NCBI GenBank assembly: GCA_032718475.1
Contig: JAUCBJ010008403.1
Span: 4,151 to 68,150 of the forward strand
DNA: 64,000 bases
Origin: Nemertoderma westbladi
Lineage: Eukaryota > Animalia > Xenacoelomorpha
Direction: 5' to 3'
Shown here: in pieces, positions 36,481-50,900 of the stretch
Layout: each line of letters opens with the position of its first letter
Position numbering within the stretch: the first letter of the stretch is position 1
The notes under the pieces: generated by a model
Databases searched by the model: none
What the model was told of the DNA's origin: nothing
Seen by the model: only the letters and a program-made list of their open reading frames with translations
Program-made: the position numbers and the translations under genes

Positions 36481-38108
36481 TACGTCTGGAGTGGGCGCAT
36501 GACTATATTATTTTATCTATTTTTATTGTATTTTATATGCGAATTTTATTATGTACTTTATTATAATCGTTTTTATTCAATTTTATTTAGTAGAATGTTA
36601 TTTTAGTGATTATTTAGTAGATTAGTGCAATATATTAGTGTTTATTACGTACGTAATTACTTATAATATATATTAGTGCGACGGCGAGAAATAATTATTT
36701 TTCTCTTTCCTTACTGTCCGTATCATATTGTAAATACGTGACTACAGTAAGATGAAATGTCCGTACTTAGTAAAGTACAATAAAGCCACTACTATATTCA
36801 AGTATTGTTGGTAGGCAGAGTATTAGGAATGCAAAGTTCAGATCCTCGTGTCTCGGCTAAACCAAGCTCTGGGTAGACCTTGGAAACGACTTGCCTCTTC
36901 ACACTGACATTGCTTCGTGCGATATTGCTCTTCTACCTTATATTAAATAATACATATAGTAGCGTGATGTCCCTCTAACAGTAGCGTAAAACGCAAATAA
37001 ATCTGTTAAACTTTTTGACCATCTGTAATTCTAGTCGATTAAGATATCGTGGCACCCACCGATATACTTGAAAGACAAATTCTAGAATCAGTGGTTAACG
37101 TCCCCCAGATAAGTTCTGGAATAAATCGGTGCCCATCTTAAATATTAATTTAATATTTATTAAAATCTGTAAAATTCAGATCCGTTAATAATTCTAGTCG
37201 ATTAAGGTATTGTAGCACTTACCGATACTCTTAAAAGACAAATTTCCTAGAATTAAGGATCCTATGTCCCCAGACCTGCTCTGGAATCAAATTGTGTCAA
37301 TTTTAACATCAAATAATAAAATTCACGGGAATAAATTTAAATTCATATTTTAAATGAATTTCATAAATTGTCATTTTGTGCAATTTATAACATTCCCAAA
37401 ATTCCATTAATTAATAGATCATGGGAGCGGAGATTCATCCTATTGAGTGTATTAGAGTGCGAGAATCTCCAACATATAGTCAATAGCCGATAAAAATAAT
37501 AAAATCATGCATAAAGAGAATATTGACAATTAAAGAATTATTATTAAATAGCATCCCAGATCTGTATGCATGAGAATTACCCTAATTCTACCGCTAGCAT
37601 TCCATAATGTCACCATGGCAACACCCACGCTAGAATTAGAAGCAAGTTAAAAGAACAATAAAAAGCTTGTCCCATTGCATTGCATAGAGAATACATAGCA
37701 CACTGTTAGTATCCAAGGATACACAATAATAATGTGACATTCTGGAAGGCACTGACTAACGGACAAATGGCCTGTATGTGTACAATTGGTGACAGTTGTG
37801 TGGAATTTGTGCGTGTGTAGGTGAATGTTACTGCTAAGGTGTGTTTACAGTAGCTAGTCGGAATTGTGAAAGTAGCCCAACTACCCTATAGAAAGAACCT
37901 AAAGTGGATCCAAGACTTTGGGACGGACAGTGGAGTGACTTGTGCCGGTTATCGTCGTCGTGCTGTTGCTACATGTTGGCGTAAACACCGCGACGACGGT
38001 ACGTCGGCGCTGAGAATCCCACTGTCCGGGGGCAAAGAAAGGTAGGCAGCGACGCCCGCTCGCCTAAACATGAACTCATTATAATCTTAATAAACTCAGA
38101 TAGCAGAT

Positions 38109-39558
38109 ATGACGGAGTTGATAGAAGATGATCTTGGTATCAGGGAGCGATATACTCTACCTTTACAAGCATTTGTGGATAGCTTGATACGCGGTGAAGC
38201 CGATCCAACCATTACGGAGGACGATGGTCGTTATATCGAACCGCCGATGTCCCAAGAGCAACTTACGCGTGAATTGGACTATCGAAAATTAACCGCTCGC
38301 TATACGCATCGTAATGGTACGTATATGGACTTCTTAACTACCGGCCATCCTATCGATTTACATGATACGGACGATGTAGACACTGAAAAGGGAAATGGTT
38401 CTATTTAAATATCATACCCAGCGGAGTCGTAACGATAAACCGAGAATAGATCACGAAAATTCTATTCGTAACAGACTGGGAAGACGAACCAATATGCCTA
38501 GAATCTGAGGAGATTCAGCCTATCGCGCCCGGAACAGCGACAATGATTACATCCTAGAATGGTATCAAGGTCCACAGTGTCTCACTGCGTACAATTATCA
38601 CCATGCCAACTATGTTTCTCGGCAACGTTGTCGGTTATGCGCATCGAAAGACCATGTTACGCCCATGGACATAAACATCCGCTGTTCCTATTTCCACGAA
38701 CAACCGGCGATGGAAATTTATTGCGCATATTGCAGACTCAATAACTTGCATATTTTTGCGGTTTGCCCTCAATTTATGACTCAATGTCACCATTGTCAAC
38801 TAAAGGGACATGCCAGTTTCGATTGCCCTTTTAATCACGATTTGGAAAGCGTAGATGAAATGATCACACTACGTTACATCAGAGCTTGGGAAGCGAACGC
38901 TGATTTACATTGTGATTTGCGCCATCGCTATTATCCCGGACGCGCTTACGAAGGAGTTTATGCGTTCCATCCTTATCTATTCGCTTCGGTCGAACAGAAA
39001 TCACGCATATCGAGTTACGAGCTACTGAAGCGCGTCGGAGAATGTATTTCAACCAAATTCGTACGCAAATTTCTCAGGAGTGTTAATCCTAGCGACCTTC
39101 ATTCCTATAACTTAATCAATTATATCCGTCAGGATCCGGACTATGGAGACTTGTTTGTTAACTCACATCCCGAGTTACAAGAAGTATATCGACGGCCTTA
39201 CGAATACCGAGCCCGTGAACGCGAGTTGGAAAGAACCATTAAACCCCGGAGGTTTCTAACTGCCTATGGTCCACCCACGGCCCTCGTTCAGACCACTCGT
39301 AAAGGACCCGTAAGAGCGGCTGTCTTGAAACGAGCTCTCAAAGCCATTAGACCCCTCTCACCTGACGTTGATGTCAATCAACCCGGTACTTCGACTGGCG
39401 GATACACCGACCATAATCCTACACCCTCTGATGCAATCATATTGCACCCTTCACCCAGGAGTTATAGCCCTCCTTGTAAAGTGGCTCGCCCCAAAGAGAA
39501 AAGGACTCTGGCTAGCTTTAAGAAACTGCGTAAACGCCGTCCGCGCAAGAAAGACTAA
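38109..39558 (+). pseudogene. Accessory ORF2 of element B, internally deleted (~2.75 kb including the exonuclease domain)
   Basis: N-terminus matches C 46249-45875, then jumps near 38480 to the region matching C ~43115; zinc knuckles and basic C-terminus retained; additional frameshifts. Confidence 0.85.
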
Positions 39559-39628
39559 CTGTTTAGAGTATTTACGTATATTAGAAACTGTGATTTTGTA
39601 TATTTTATAGACTCAAATCCCATTTTCT

Positions 39629-39636
39629 GGGAGCGG
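39629..39636 (+). other. Polypurine tract of element B (GGGAGCGG)
   Basis: Directly abuts the 3' LTR; same motif in C at 41962-41969 on the minus strand. Confidence 0.8.
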
Positions 39637-40878
39637 TGTAAAAGCTTCTGTGGGATATAACTGGCCCTTTTGCTTTGCAATCCAGTTTCCCCCCAGGCGC
39701 TGGAATACTCTAAAAAGCTCTCTAACTCGAATGATGCAAAGCGACCGGCTGATTGGCTGATTTGCTGTACGAGGGGCTTTTTGCTATGTTCTATCGGCCA
39801 ACCAGAGCTATAGCAGCAGAGTATGCAACCAGGACAACCGAGCGGAGTGACTCATTTTGTGTGTTGGCCAAGGGTTGCAAAATTCCTGATAGTTCGGCAT
39901 TTAGATATTCGTGGAACTTGTGGAATCTGGTGTTCTGCCAATGAGATCTAATCCTCTCTGTGTAAAAAGATACCTGCAATGGTGTTAGGGACAGTAGTAG
40001 CAGTTTTTTCTTGATACTGTTGTGTTGTTTGTATCTAGGCCAGGAACACCGGCTCTAGAGTCAACTCGTTTTCATACTTTAGAAGAAACATTAGTAGGCT
40101 TAAGATTATAGAGCGTATAACTGTTATCACAACACAACTCATAACAACTCACATATCGGTCCATATCAGTACATTGTCATATCATATCTTAACCTACCGT
40201 CTTAATGGTTTGCTGTTGTTTGGTTGAATATTATTTGGAGAACATTTATAAAGAACCCAAATTTCCCAATTTTCTTGATACACTACAGGTTAGAGTGATG
40301 GGTTATATATAGCGATTGCGACTTGTATTGTTGTGGTTTGTAGTGAATTTAATGCTATTTGATAAGCACTACATTGGTCCGTTGCTGTTCTCTTTATATA
40401 TGATAAAAATCATTGACGGTCGGCAAATTAGTGAGCAGTATTGTGTGTTACCGGGAGTGTGCATGATTGTGACTGATAACTAAGCATTTCCTAAAGAATG
40501 CGCCTCATACGTGAATCATAAGCCTTACTGACTTACTATTGTGATTAGTATAAGTCATATCTCTGTTTACTTAGATAGAGCGCCACGTCTTAAAGGAACT
40601 GTTAATATTTCACGAAAGTGAATAATATTAGTCAGAAATTATTTATTAACGATCAATCGAATAATACAGTAAGTTTACACTGCAATAATAATCTAAGCCC
40701 TCAGAATCCAGCCCCCCGGGTATATCCAGCGGGTGAATGGACGCGCACTAGGCTGGCTTCTGCTAATGTTGTGTTTATTGGTATTAAATATTTGTCATCT
40801 TCTAAAGTATATTTATAAACCAAAAGACATATAAATTTTGGCAGGTTAAACTGCTAAAGGTCTTCAAAAGCGCGTACA
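39637..40878 (+). repeat. 3' LTR of element B
   Basis: Direct repeat of 24917-26158. Confidence 0.97.
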
Positions 40879-40883
40879 GTGCG

Positions 40884-41961
40884 CGATCATTCACCCGCTG
40901 GATATACCCGGGAGATTGAGTTCGACGGCTTAATCTTATTGCTATGTAAGACTACTGTATTATTCGACTGATCGTATTACATAATCTCTGACAATATTAT
41001 TCACCTTCGGGGAATATTAACAGTTCCTTTAGGACGTGGTGCTTTATCTATATAAACAGAGTTATGACTTAAACTACACACAACGATATGGCTTAGTTAT
41101 AATTCACATATATGGCGTATTCTTTAGGAAATGCTTCGTTATCAGTCTCACTCATACACAATGCTGCACAATACTGCACACTAATCTGCCGACCTTCACT
41201 AATTTTAGTCATATATAAAAGGAACACAGACCGACTCATGTAGGGTCTATCAAATAACATTAGATTCACTTCAAACCACTTTAACATAAGTCGCAATCGT
41301 TATATGTAACCGGTCTCTCTTACCTTTGGTATATCAAGAATATTGGGGTTTTCGGGATTATTTCTCGTTATTCCAAATATAATATTTCATCAACCATATA
41401 TAGTGAATAACCGACAGTAAATAGCAGTATAACGATATAAAAGTATGTACGATAAGATATATGCATTGCCCAGTTGAGTTAGGTCAGTAAGTAAGATAAC
41501 GGATATATGTCCTTATAATTAAGCCTACTAGTGTTAGGCTAAAAGCAGAAAAGCACAAAATATTCCAAAGCCATTCTTTCCTGGCTCAGGACAGAATGTA
41601 AACATTGCCCATAATGCATTGCGTGATTTCTAGGAAATTTCTGTACAAGAGCAGTAAAAACGCTCTGATTGGTTGACTGAACTGAGAGACACCGTAGAAC
41701 AAAGAAAATCAACACGTATGCAGATCAGCTGTTAACCGTCGTCATAGTAACTACTGTTTCAAGAGGATCCAGCTACTTTGCGTCATAGAATTGCCATAGA
41801 ATCACCAACCATGTCTTCCAAAGTACACATACGGAAGAAATAGCTCTTAGGTCCTCTAAAAAACACCGATACAGCAATAATACGGCTTCTTACACCTACT
41901 AAACCAACTACAGAGTATTTTAAGGGAAAAATAACCAGGCAATTCCGCAAAAGCTTTTACA
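40884..41961 (-). repeat. 3' LTR of element C (major part; remainder at 24794-24916)
   Basis: Matches 58471-59548 with about 9 substitutions, all transitions by eye. Confidence 0.95.
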
Positions 41962-42038
41962 CCGCTCCCAGAAAATGGGATTTTCAGTCTATAAAATATA
42001 AAAATCACAGTTTCTAAACATAAAGATACTCTAAACAG

Positions 42039-45000
42039 TTAGTCTTTCTTACGCGGACGGCGTTTACGCAGTTTCTTGAGGCTAGCAAGAGTCTTTTTCT
42101 CTTTGGGGCGAGCCACTTTACTAGGAGGGCTGTAGCTCCTAGGCGAAGGGTGCAATACAATTGCATCAGAAGGTGTAGGGTTACGATCGGTATACCCGCC
42201 GGTTGAAGTACCTGGTTGATTGATATCAACCTCAGTGGAGCGAGGTCTAACGGCCTTTAGAGCGCGTCTCAGGACAGCAGCTCCTACGGGTCCTTGACGG
42301 GTTGTCTGGACACTAGCGGTGGGTGGACTGTGAGTGGTGAGGAACTTTCTCGGTTTAATTGTTCTCTCCAGCTCGCGTTCTCGGGTTCGATATTCGTAGG
42401 GTCGCCGAGATACTTCCTGTAGTTCAGGGTGCGAGTTCACAAAGATATCGCCATACTCAGGGTCTTGATGGATAAAATTGATCAAATGATATGAGGTTAT
42501 ATCATTAGGGTTAACGTTTCTAAGGTATTTTCTAACAAACTTGGTGGAAATACACTCACCAACACGCTTCATCAACTCATAACTCGGTACGCGTGTTTTC
42601 TGTTCAATCGACGCGAATAGATAAGGATGGAACGCGTAAACTCCCTCGTAAGCGCGTCCAGGGTAATAGCGATGTCGGGATTCGCAATGTAAATCCGCGT
42701 TCGCTTCCTAAGCTCGGATGTATCGCAGGGTGATCATCTCGTCTACGCTCTCTAAATCGCGATTAAAGGGACAATTGTAACTGTCATGTCCTTTAAGTTG
42801 ACAGTAGTGACATTGAGTCATAAATTGTGGGCAGACGGCAAAAATATGAGAGTTATTAAGTCTGCAATACGCACAATATATTTCCATCATCGGTTGTTCG
42901 AGGAAATAGGAGCAAGGTATGTCTGAGTCCATAGGGGTGAAATGGTCTCTCGATGCGCATAATCGACAACGTTTTCGAGAAACATAGTTGGCGTGTCGAT
43001 AATCGTACGCTGTGAGATGTTGTGGACCTTGATACCACTCTAAGACGTAATCATTATCGCTGCTCCGGGAAGCTGTAGGCTGAATCGCTTCTGATTCCAA
43101 GCATACTGGCTCATCCTCCAACTGCATAGTTGAGGTGGGTGCGTCTGTCTCAGTAAGTGGACCCACTGTCTGTACTTCTACGACAGAATAACCTGTAGGT
43201 ATTCGGGGTCTTTGTATAACAGATGAATGTAAGTTCTGTATACAAGCGTCTTGAAAAATGGCAAATCCAGCGCTGCTCAGTTTCTCCGCAGCTGAGTCTC
43301 TCAGACTGAGTTTGGTCAGCGCGCGGTCCTTGAATTGACTATCGACGTTACGGAACGGAGTCAGAAAGCGCCGGAAACATTCGAAACGTATAAATTTATT
43401 GTGTTCATCTAACTTGGCGAGTTTGGTTCCAAGTATTAATGGATGGGCGCGTATGGTACGACTGCACACATCGGCTAGCCAACCGGCAAGTGCTGCGTTT
43501 TCAAAGATCGTGTATATAGCTAAGGAAGGGCGAAGTGGAACACTCATAAAGCTATATACGGCACCAGGCGCAGTTAATGGTCCATCAAAATATAAACGAG
43601 AGTAATGATCTCCATATACTTGCTGGTAATTGATAGGATTTCCAACCTTGAAATTCCATCCATATTCTTGAAAGGCAAGATGTCCGATGGAGGTCCGTTG
43701 TACTTTAGTAATGCCGCTGGGTGTATTGGCATACATCGTGCGAAAGAAACCTCGGCCTTCGGCCCAAGGAGCAATCAGCTGCGTATCAACGAAAGGGTAT
43801 GGAATGTTTTCCATATTCCGAAAGTCGTTTTGGAGATCCCCATAAACAGCTGAGCCGATTTTAGGATTCTTTCGTTAAACAACATTTCGAGTACAGGTTG
43901 GGGTAACATTGATCCATCGATACCCATGGCTGGTTTGCGCTCAGTGTTGTTGACATAACGCTGCGCGAGCTCGAATTGTCCATGTCGGAGTTTCTTTTGT
44001 GTCTCTGTAAGAGTTTCAAAAAAATAATCAATCACGTCGGAACACGCTCGAGTGAACACTTGGGTAGAACCAGCGAGTCCTCGTATGTGTATCATTCGCG
44101 TAGTTCCTAGTTCTCCAGCCGGAACGCTACCTTCATTGTCATAAGTAACAACGCCATACATCTCGATAACGTTAAGAGTCTCGTTCCATTCCTTAGTGGC
44201 GTTTTCGAGAGTCATTCCCACTGGATGCCACAAAGTAGCGCATTCGCTAGCATTGGGTAAGTCTCTATACTTTAAACATTGTGTAGTATAGGTTTCCACG
44301 TCTCCATATCGTTTTATTCTTTCCTCCTCGAATAACACGTCAAGATTCCAGTGCACTAATCGAGTTTTAATGAATCCATCAAGATTATACGGAGGTATTA
44401 TTTCTTTCTCTATTCTAGAAATATTATACGGTTTTCGAAATGAGTTTATTTTAACTAACTGATCCAGATGTTTCTGCAGTTGTTCGAGTTCGACAAGATC
44501 GAGAGGATTTATTAATGGTAGAAACCTCAGACTATGCGTAGGATCTTCTGGTTTTACCATGTAATATTGTGTTAAGTTGACGTAATAAGGGTGATCCTTA
44601 ATTCCATAAAATGAGTCCGGTAAAGGTCTAGCGCGTATGTTAACATCGTGCACCATGCGATGGACAAGATCCGCTCTATTGTCCGGGGGTTCAACGAGTA
44701 CACCATCGACACGAGCGGCTTCGATGGGTGGACGTTGTAACATGGGAGCGTCAGCAATAAGCTCTTGAGATCTGAGATCGGTATTAACCGGTTGAGGCTG
44801 TACCATAGCAAAGAGCTTGTCTCTGAAATGAGGAACCATCGAGGGGTGGAGGATCGTTTTGGAATAGAGATCCGTCATGAGAATTTGAGCTTCTGGCTGG
44901 GCTAAAGCTGCTTCTTCCCTCTCATTCAGTTCTATATGTCTTTCCTCAAGCTGATTTTCCTCCGCTTGTTGTTGCAAGCGCTCGTCCAGGAATTCTTGTA

Positions 45001-46249
45001 AAGAGTAGGTGCGTCCACGTTCGATGTCCTCTTCTAGATTTTGTATTTCTCTATCAAACTGGGGTAAAGCTAATTCTTTCACTGCTTGGACTTGTTGTTG
45101 CAATTTACGTTTCTCCAAGCAATCATAAGTTCCCTTTCCGATTTTCTGCCGAATAGCATCCAATGCATTTCGTATTACGCTCTCTTCGACTTCCGTAACG
45201 GGTTGTATCGGAGGGAGGCCGGGACGGTTGTATGGGTTAAACGGCGATATTAGATGACCGCGTCCTAGTCCAGCTAGGTAGGGTTGGCGAATATCTAATG
45301 AACCCACCACCGGAGTGCCACCAATCAACTGTTCGGGTAACACTAGATCTTTGAACAGTGAGTACAGTTCGGGAGGATCCGTAATACTATTAGGATCGAG
45401 AGTTTGAGGTCTCACTTGGGAATGAGGAGGTCTGACCGAGTATTCCGGAACTCTGATCATTGGTTTATTCAAGGATCGTTTAAGCCGTGCGACCGTAGGT
45501 GATGCGTCGAAAAGGTTTAGCGCAACGTCTCCGCGGATGTTTATGTCTTTCGATTTGCTGATTAGGTCTAGGGCATTTGTCGCAGTAATACCAAAGACGC
45601 ACGTCTTGAAGGGGAAACGCGGGTGATCGTTCTCCAGTTTTACAATATTCCTCCATCTGTTCGAAGCTATCTGGAACGACAGGTAGCGGTCGATCGGCGG
45701 TAAGATACATCATCGTAAAATAGAGCCGTTTGAGTTCTATCATAGGATCAGGATGTATACCTTGAGGATATCGAGTTTCGAGATTTTGTTGGCTGGCAAT
45801 ATTGAGATAGGTCTCTCTCAGGAATTCCAGATAATCGTTGAAGTCGCTGTGTTTATCCGGTTCTTCAACGTCTTCCCTTTCGAGTCTGTTTCGAATAGAG
45901 TTCTCGTGTTCTATTCTTGATTTATCGTGCCGACTCCGCTGGGTATGATATTTAAATAAAACCATTTCCCTTTCGGTGTCTATATCGTCCGTATCGTGTA
46001 AATCGATAGGATGACCAGTAGTTAAGAAGTCCATATACGTACCATTACGATGCGTATAGCGGGCGGTGAACCTTCTATAATCCAATTCAGCGTAATTTGC
46101 TCCTGGGACATTGGCGGTTCGATATAACGACCATCGTCCTCCGTAGTAGTTGGATCAGCGTCGCCGCGTATCAAGCTATCGACAAACGCTTGTAAAGGTA
46201 GAGTATATCGCTCCCTGATACCAAGATCATCTTCTATCAACTCAGTCAT
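42039..46249 (-). pseudogene. Accessory ORF2 of element C (~1400 aa): DEDDy-like exonuclease plus zinc knuckles; disabled
   Basis: Five ORF pieces collinear with ORF2 of A; frameshifts near 46090, 45480 and 43860; TGG>TAG at ~42709. Motifs YDNEG, FVDTQ, PLRPSLAIYTIFENA, CRLC..H, CAYC..H..C, CHYCQLKGHDSYNC. Confidence 0.82.
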
Positions 46250-47904
46250 ATCTGCTATACGAGTTCACCAATATTATAATGAGTTTATATATATATATTA
46301 GGCGAGCGGGCGTCGCTGCCTACCCCTCTTTTGCCCCCGGACAGTGCGAGATTCTCAGTGCCGATGTACCGCTGTCGCTGTACTTTCGCCAACGACGTAG
46401 CCGCACAATGACAACGATAACCGGCACAAGTCTCTCCACTGTCCATCCAAAGGCTTAGATGTACTTCAGGTTTTTTCTTGGAGAGTTAGGGCTACTTTCA
46501 CGATTGCGACTAGCTACTGTAAACACACTTTAGTAGCAACATCACCTATAAACGCACAAATTCAACACAACTATCACAAACTACGCACATTCGGGCCATT
46601 TGTCCGTTAGTCAGTGCCTTCCAGAATGTCACTGTATTATTATGTATCCTAGGATACTAGCAGTGCGCTATATTCCCTATGCTATTCAATGGGACAAGCT
46701 TTCTATTGTTCTTTTTACTCAATTCTAATTCTAGCGTGGTTGTTGCTATGGTGACATTATGCAAAGCTAGCGGTAGAATTAGGGTATGCATATCCAATGC
46801 ATACAGATCTGGGATGTTATTTAATAGTAATTCTTTAATGGTCAATATCCCATCCATACATGACTTTATGAATTTTATCGGCTATGTTTGGGAGATTCTC
46901 GCACACTAATACGCTTGATAGAATAAATCTCCGCTCCCGTGATCTATTAATTAATGGAATTTTGGGAATGTTATAAATTGCGTAAAATGGCAATTTATTA
47001 AATTCATTGAAAAGTATGAATTTAAATTTATTCCCGTGAATTTTATTATTTAATAGTAAAATTGACACGATTTGATTCCAGAACATGTCTGGGGACACGA
47101 GATCCTTAATTCCATGAAAATTGTCTTTTTAAGAGTATCGGTAAATGCTACATATCTTAATCGACTAGAACTGTTAAAGGATCTGAATTTTACAGATTTT
47201 ATTTATGGATTTGTAAATATTAAATAATTAATATTTAAGATGGGCACCGATTTATTCCAGAACTTGTCTGGGGACGTTAACCACTGATTCTAGAATTTTG
47301 TCTTTCAAGTATATCGGTGGGTGCCACGATATCTTAATCGACTAGAATTACAGATGGGCAAAAGGTTTAACAGATTTATTTTGCGATTTACGCTACTGTT
47401 ATAGGGACATCACGCTACTATATGTATTATTATATATGGTATGAGAGCAATATGCACGAAGCAATGTCAGTGTGAAGAGGCAAGTCGTTTCCAAGGTCTA
47501 CCCAGAGCTTGGTTTAGCCGAGACACGAGGATCTGAACTTTGCATTCCTAATACTCTGCCTACCAATAATACTTGAATATAGTAGTGGCTTTATTGTACT
47601 TTAATAAGTACGGACATTTCCTCTTACTGTAGTTACGTATTTATAATATAATATGGACAGTAAGGAAAGAGAAAAATAATTGTTTTTCGCCGTCACACTA
47701 AAGATATAATATATAAGTAATTACGTACGCAATAAACGCGAATATATTGCACTTATTCTACTAAATAATTACTAAATAATATTCTACTTAAAATAAAAAT
47801 TAAAGAAAACAATTATAATAAAATTACATAGTAATAACATACAGAAATATAAAAATAATAAAATAATATAAAATAATAGAGTCACACGCCCACTCCGAAC
47901 GATA

Positions 47905-50900
47905 TTATGTTGGGGAGCCCCTAGATGTTGGTTGGATTAGGGAGGTGGTCGTGGGAAGAGTTTCTTGCCTTCCATAGTTTCCGGAGAGCTCTGTGTCTCT
48001 TTCCAGTAAACATAAACGACCCACTGGGCGGTTGAGCTGTTGAGTCTCAAAGACTATCCCCGGTTTCTTAAAGTTACGCCGCATGACGACGAGTTCTACC
48101 GATCGCACCAAACCATCGCTCGAGATATGTGTCTCGATGATACGACCTGTTTGCCATCGCTTACGTGGGAGATCGGGGTCCACAATAAGCACCATGTCTC
48201 CAGCGCTGACGTTTTCTTGCTGCGCAAACCACTTAGTTCGAAGTTGTAGAGTGGGCAGATAATGTTTCTCGAAATGGTCAGCGAAACGACGGGATAGCAA
48301 CTGCATAAGTTGCCAGGTTTGACGGCAGTACTCGTCTCCATCTGTGATCTCCAATCGTGGGAGCATGGCTACGGGTTTCTTCAGTAGAAAGTGCGCGGGT
48401 GTTAGCGCTTCCAGGGAATCAGGACTCGAAGAGACTGGGATAAGCGGTTTTTCGTTGAGATAGGCGGCGATTTCCTCCATTAACGTCCGCAAGAGTTCGT
48501 CGGTGAGATAAGCGCGACACGGCACTATAAAGTGGAATGCAGTCTTCACACTCCTAATCAATCTCTCCCAACTTCCTCCCCACCAAGGGGCGTCGGCGGC
48601 GTTGAAGGTCCAGCTAGACGCTGTTACTTTTAGCTGGTCATCCACCTGTCTTTGGTTCCAGTCCTTTACGTAAGCTTGAATTTCGTTGTTGGCGCCAATG
48701 AAGTTCGTTCCCTTATCCGATCTCATCGTGTTACTAGTTCCGAAGCGAGCGATCTGTCGTCGTAAACTTAACACGAAGCTGTTGGTAGATAGATCGTTTA
48801 CCATATCGAGATGGATAGCTCTACAAGTCATACAAACGAAGATGACACACCATCTCTTGACTATAGTCCGGGCACGATATACTTCAATAGGGCCAAATAA
48901 ATCCACACCGGTATTAGTAAAGGGTGGTTCATAGAAGCTTACTCGTTACCCTAGGTAATTCTGCCTCTCGCTGTGTTAAAGGCCTACTGAATGCTTTCCT
49001 ACAGGGTATGCAGTTCCTAAGAACTTGGTTCAGAGCTCTACGGGGTTTATAAAAATAGTAGCGAGTTCGAATTTCGCTAAGAACTCGTTCTCTACCAGCA
49101 TGGTACAGTTTACTATGAACATCTACAATCATCTTGATTTGTATATCAAGATTTCTAATGAGTATGGGAAACTTAGTGTCAAAGGATAATGGGGCGTTAG
49201 TAAGCCTTCCTCCCACACGTATTAACCCATCTATCATTGTACTAGAGAAACGATCCCTTAAGCGCATCTGCGGATTTCTCAACAACAGGAAATACTTATC
49301 GGAATCCTCATAGCATTGTAGGAGTCTCAGCATCTGTTTGTTGGTTTCATCATGCTCCTGGTAACTGATCTTCTCCTTTAGAAACCTGTCGGATATCTTG
49401 TATTTGGGAAGATCTTTAACAACATGGACTCGTGCAGATGTCGATGGAGCATCATCACTATTGGTCTTTGTCCTGGAGTAATGATGATGAAAACATCGTT
49501 TTAAATATGTGACGGCTTTACAGAGCCGATTCCAGGAACTGTAGTGATGTATCGCTCTCTGCAGGAGAGGTGAGAGTCCTTGCGAGATATCTGGTATTCC
49601 AGATTTCCAATCCTTGTCACGGATTTCCAATACTTCTTTATTCGTGGCGGTGGGTTTCTGATCCAAAGCATCACTCTCCGGAAGTAAATAATACAGATAG
49701 ATCAACCGCAGGTTTAAATAATTTCGATTTACTCGCTCGAGTTTTAGGTTTAACTTTCTCCGCTCCCTTGGCCTGTCTAATCTCTGCTGTTGTGAGATGG
49801 GGAGGCCATTCTTCTTCTTCTCTGTAGAGGAAGTCGGGTCCACCTAACCATTCGGGAGTATTTACCAATTCTTGTGGAGTCGCTCCCCTGGAGGCGATGT
49901 CTGCTGGATTAATCGTTCCGGGGCAATGTCTCCATTGATCCATCGTCGTGCGACTAAGTATGATGGCTACTCTGTTGGTAACGAAGACGCTGAACTGACA
50001 GACTTCATTGGTTATATACTCTAACACGAGTAAAGCGTCGGTCCAATAGACAGTTTTCTCTAATGGATAATCGATCTGTTCGGTTACATTCCGGCCGATG
50101 GCTGTAGTGTATAGAGCCGCCTTTAACTCCGCTCGAGGAACTTTCAACTTGTTGTTGATTAATGCCTTAGAGGTAACCAAGGCGACTTTGATTCCATCCG
50201 GAGTTTCCACTCTTAGGTAGGCTACTATACCGATTCCCATATTGCTGGCATCTCCAAACACATGGAGTTGATAGGAATACGTAGGGAGAACATGATCATA
50301 TGAACGGGAAATTATAAAATCCTCGATGGCCGGCAGAGAATCTTCCCATTTCATCCACTTCTTTAATAATTCTCCCTTAAGTGGATCGTCCCATGAGTGG
50401 TTTTCAAGCCACATTTGTTGTACCAAACTTCGAGCGATCAATATAACTGGGCTAATGAATCCCAATGGATCAAAATAAGTGCTCAGTATACTTAAACAAA
50501 TCCGTTTGGTTCGAACTGGATTATCTCGCTGTTTTAGCTGGAAAAACAGGATATCACTCTCTGTGTCCCATTTCAAGCCAAGTGTCTTGGTTTCTGGAAG
50601 ATCATCCTTGATTAAATCTAAGTCTTTTGCTCCTCAATCTTCTACAGGGATTGACTCCAGAAACTCACGGGAGTTGCTGGTGAATTTTGTTAATCGAAAC
50701 CCACCTCTTTTTAAGCACTCTACCGTTCCTTTAGCGACCTCAATGGCTTCTTCAACTGATGGAAGGGACTTCAGATTATCGTCCATGTATATGTCCCGCT
50801 TGATGTTGTCAATCACTTCCTTGGAGAAGGCTTCTCGGTTGTCATCCGCAGTGGTACGCACCACTGAACAGGCGTTGGAAGGGCTTGAGATTATCCCAAA

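Larger units (their letters stand above)
24917..40878 (+). mobile_element. BEL/Pao LTR retrotransposon B (16.0 kb), inserted in the 3' LTR of C
   Basis: 1242-bp LTRs TGTA...TACA; TSD GTGCG at 24912-24916 and 40879-40883; uninterrupted gag-pol. Confidence 0.97.

Noticed and set aside
46657-47098. Small sense ORFs in the pol-ORF2 spacer of C
   Set aside because: AT-rich, and the homologous region of B has no equivalent ORF.
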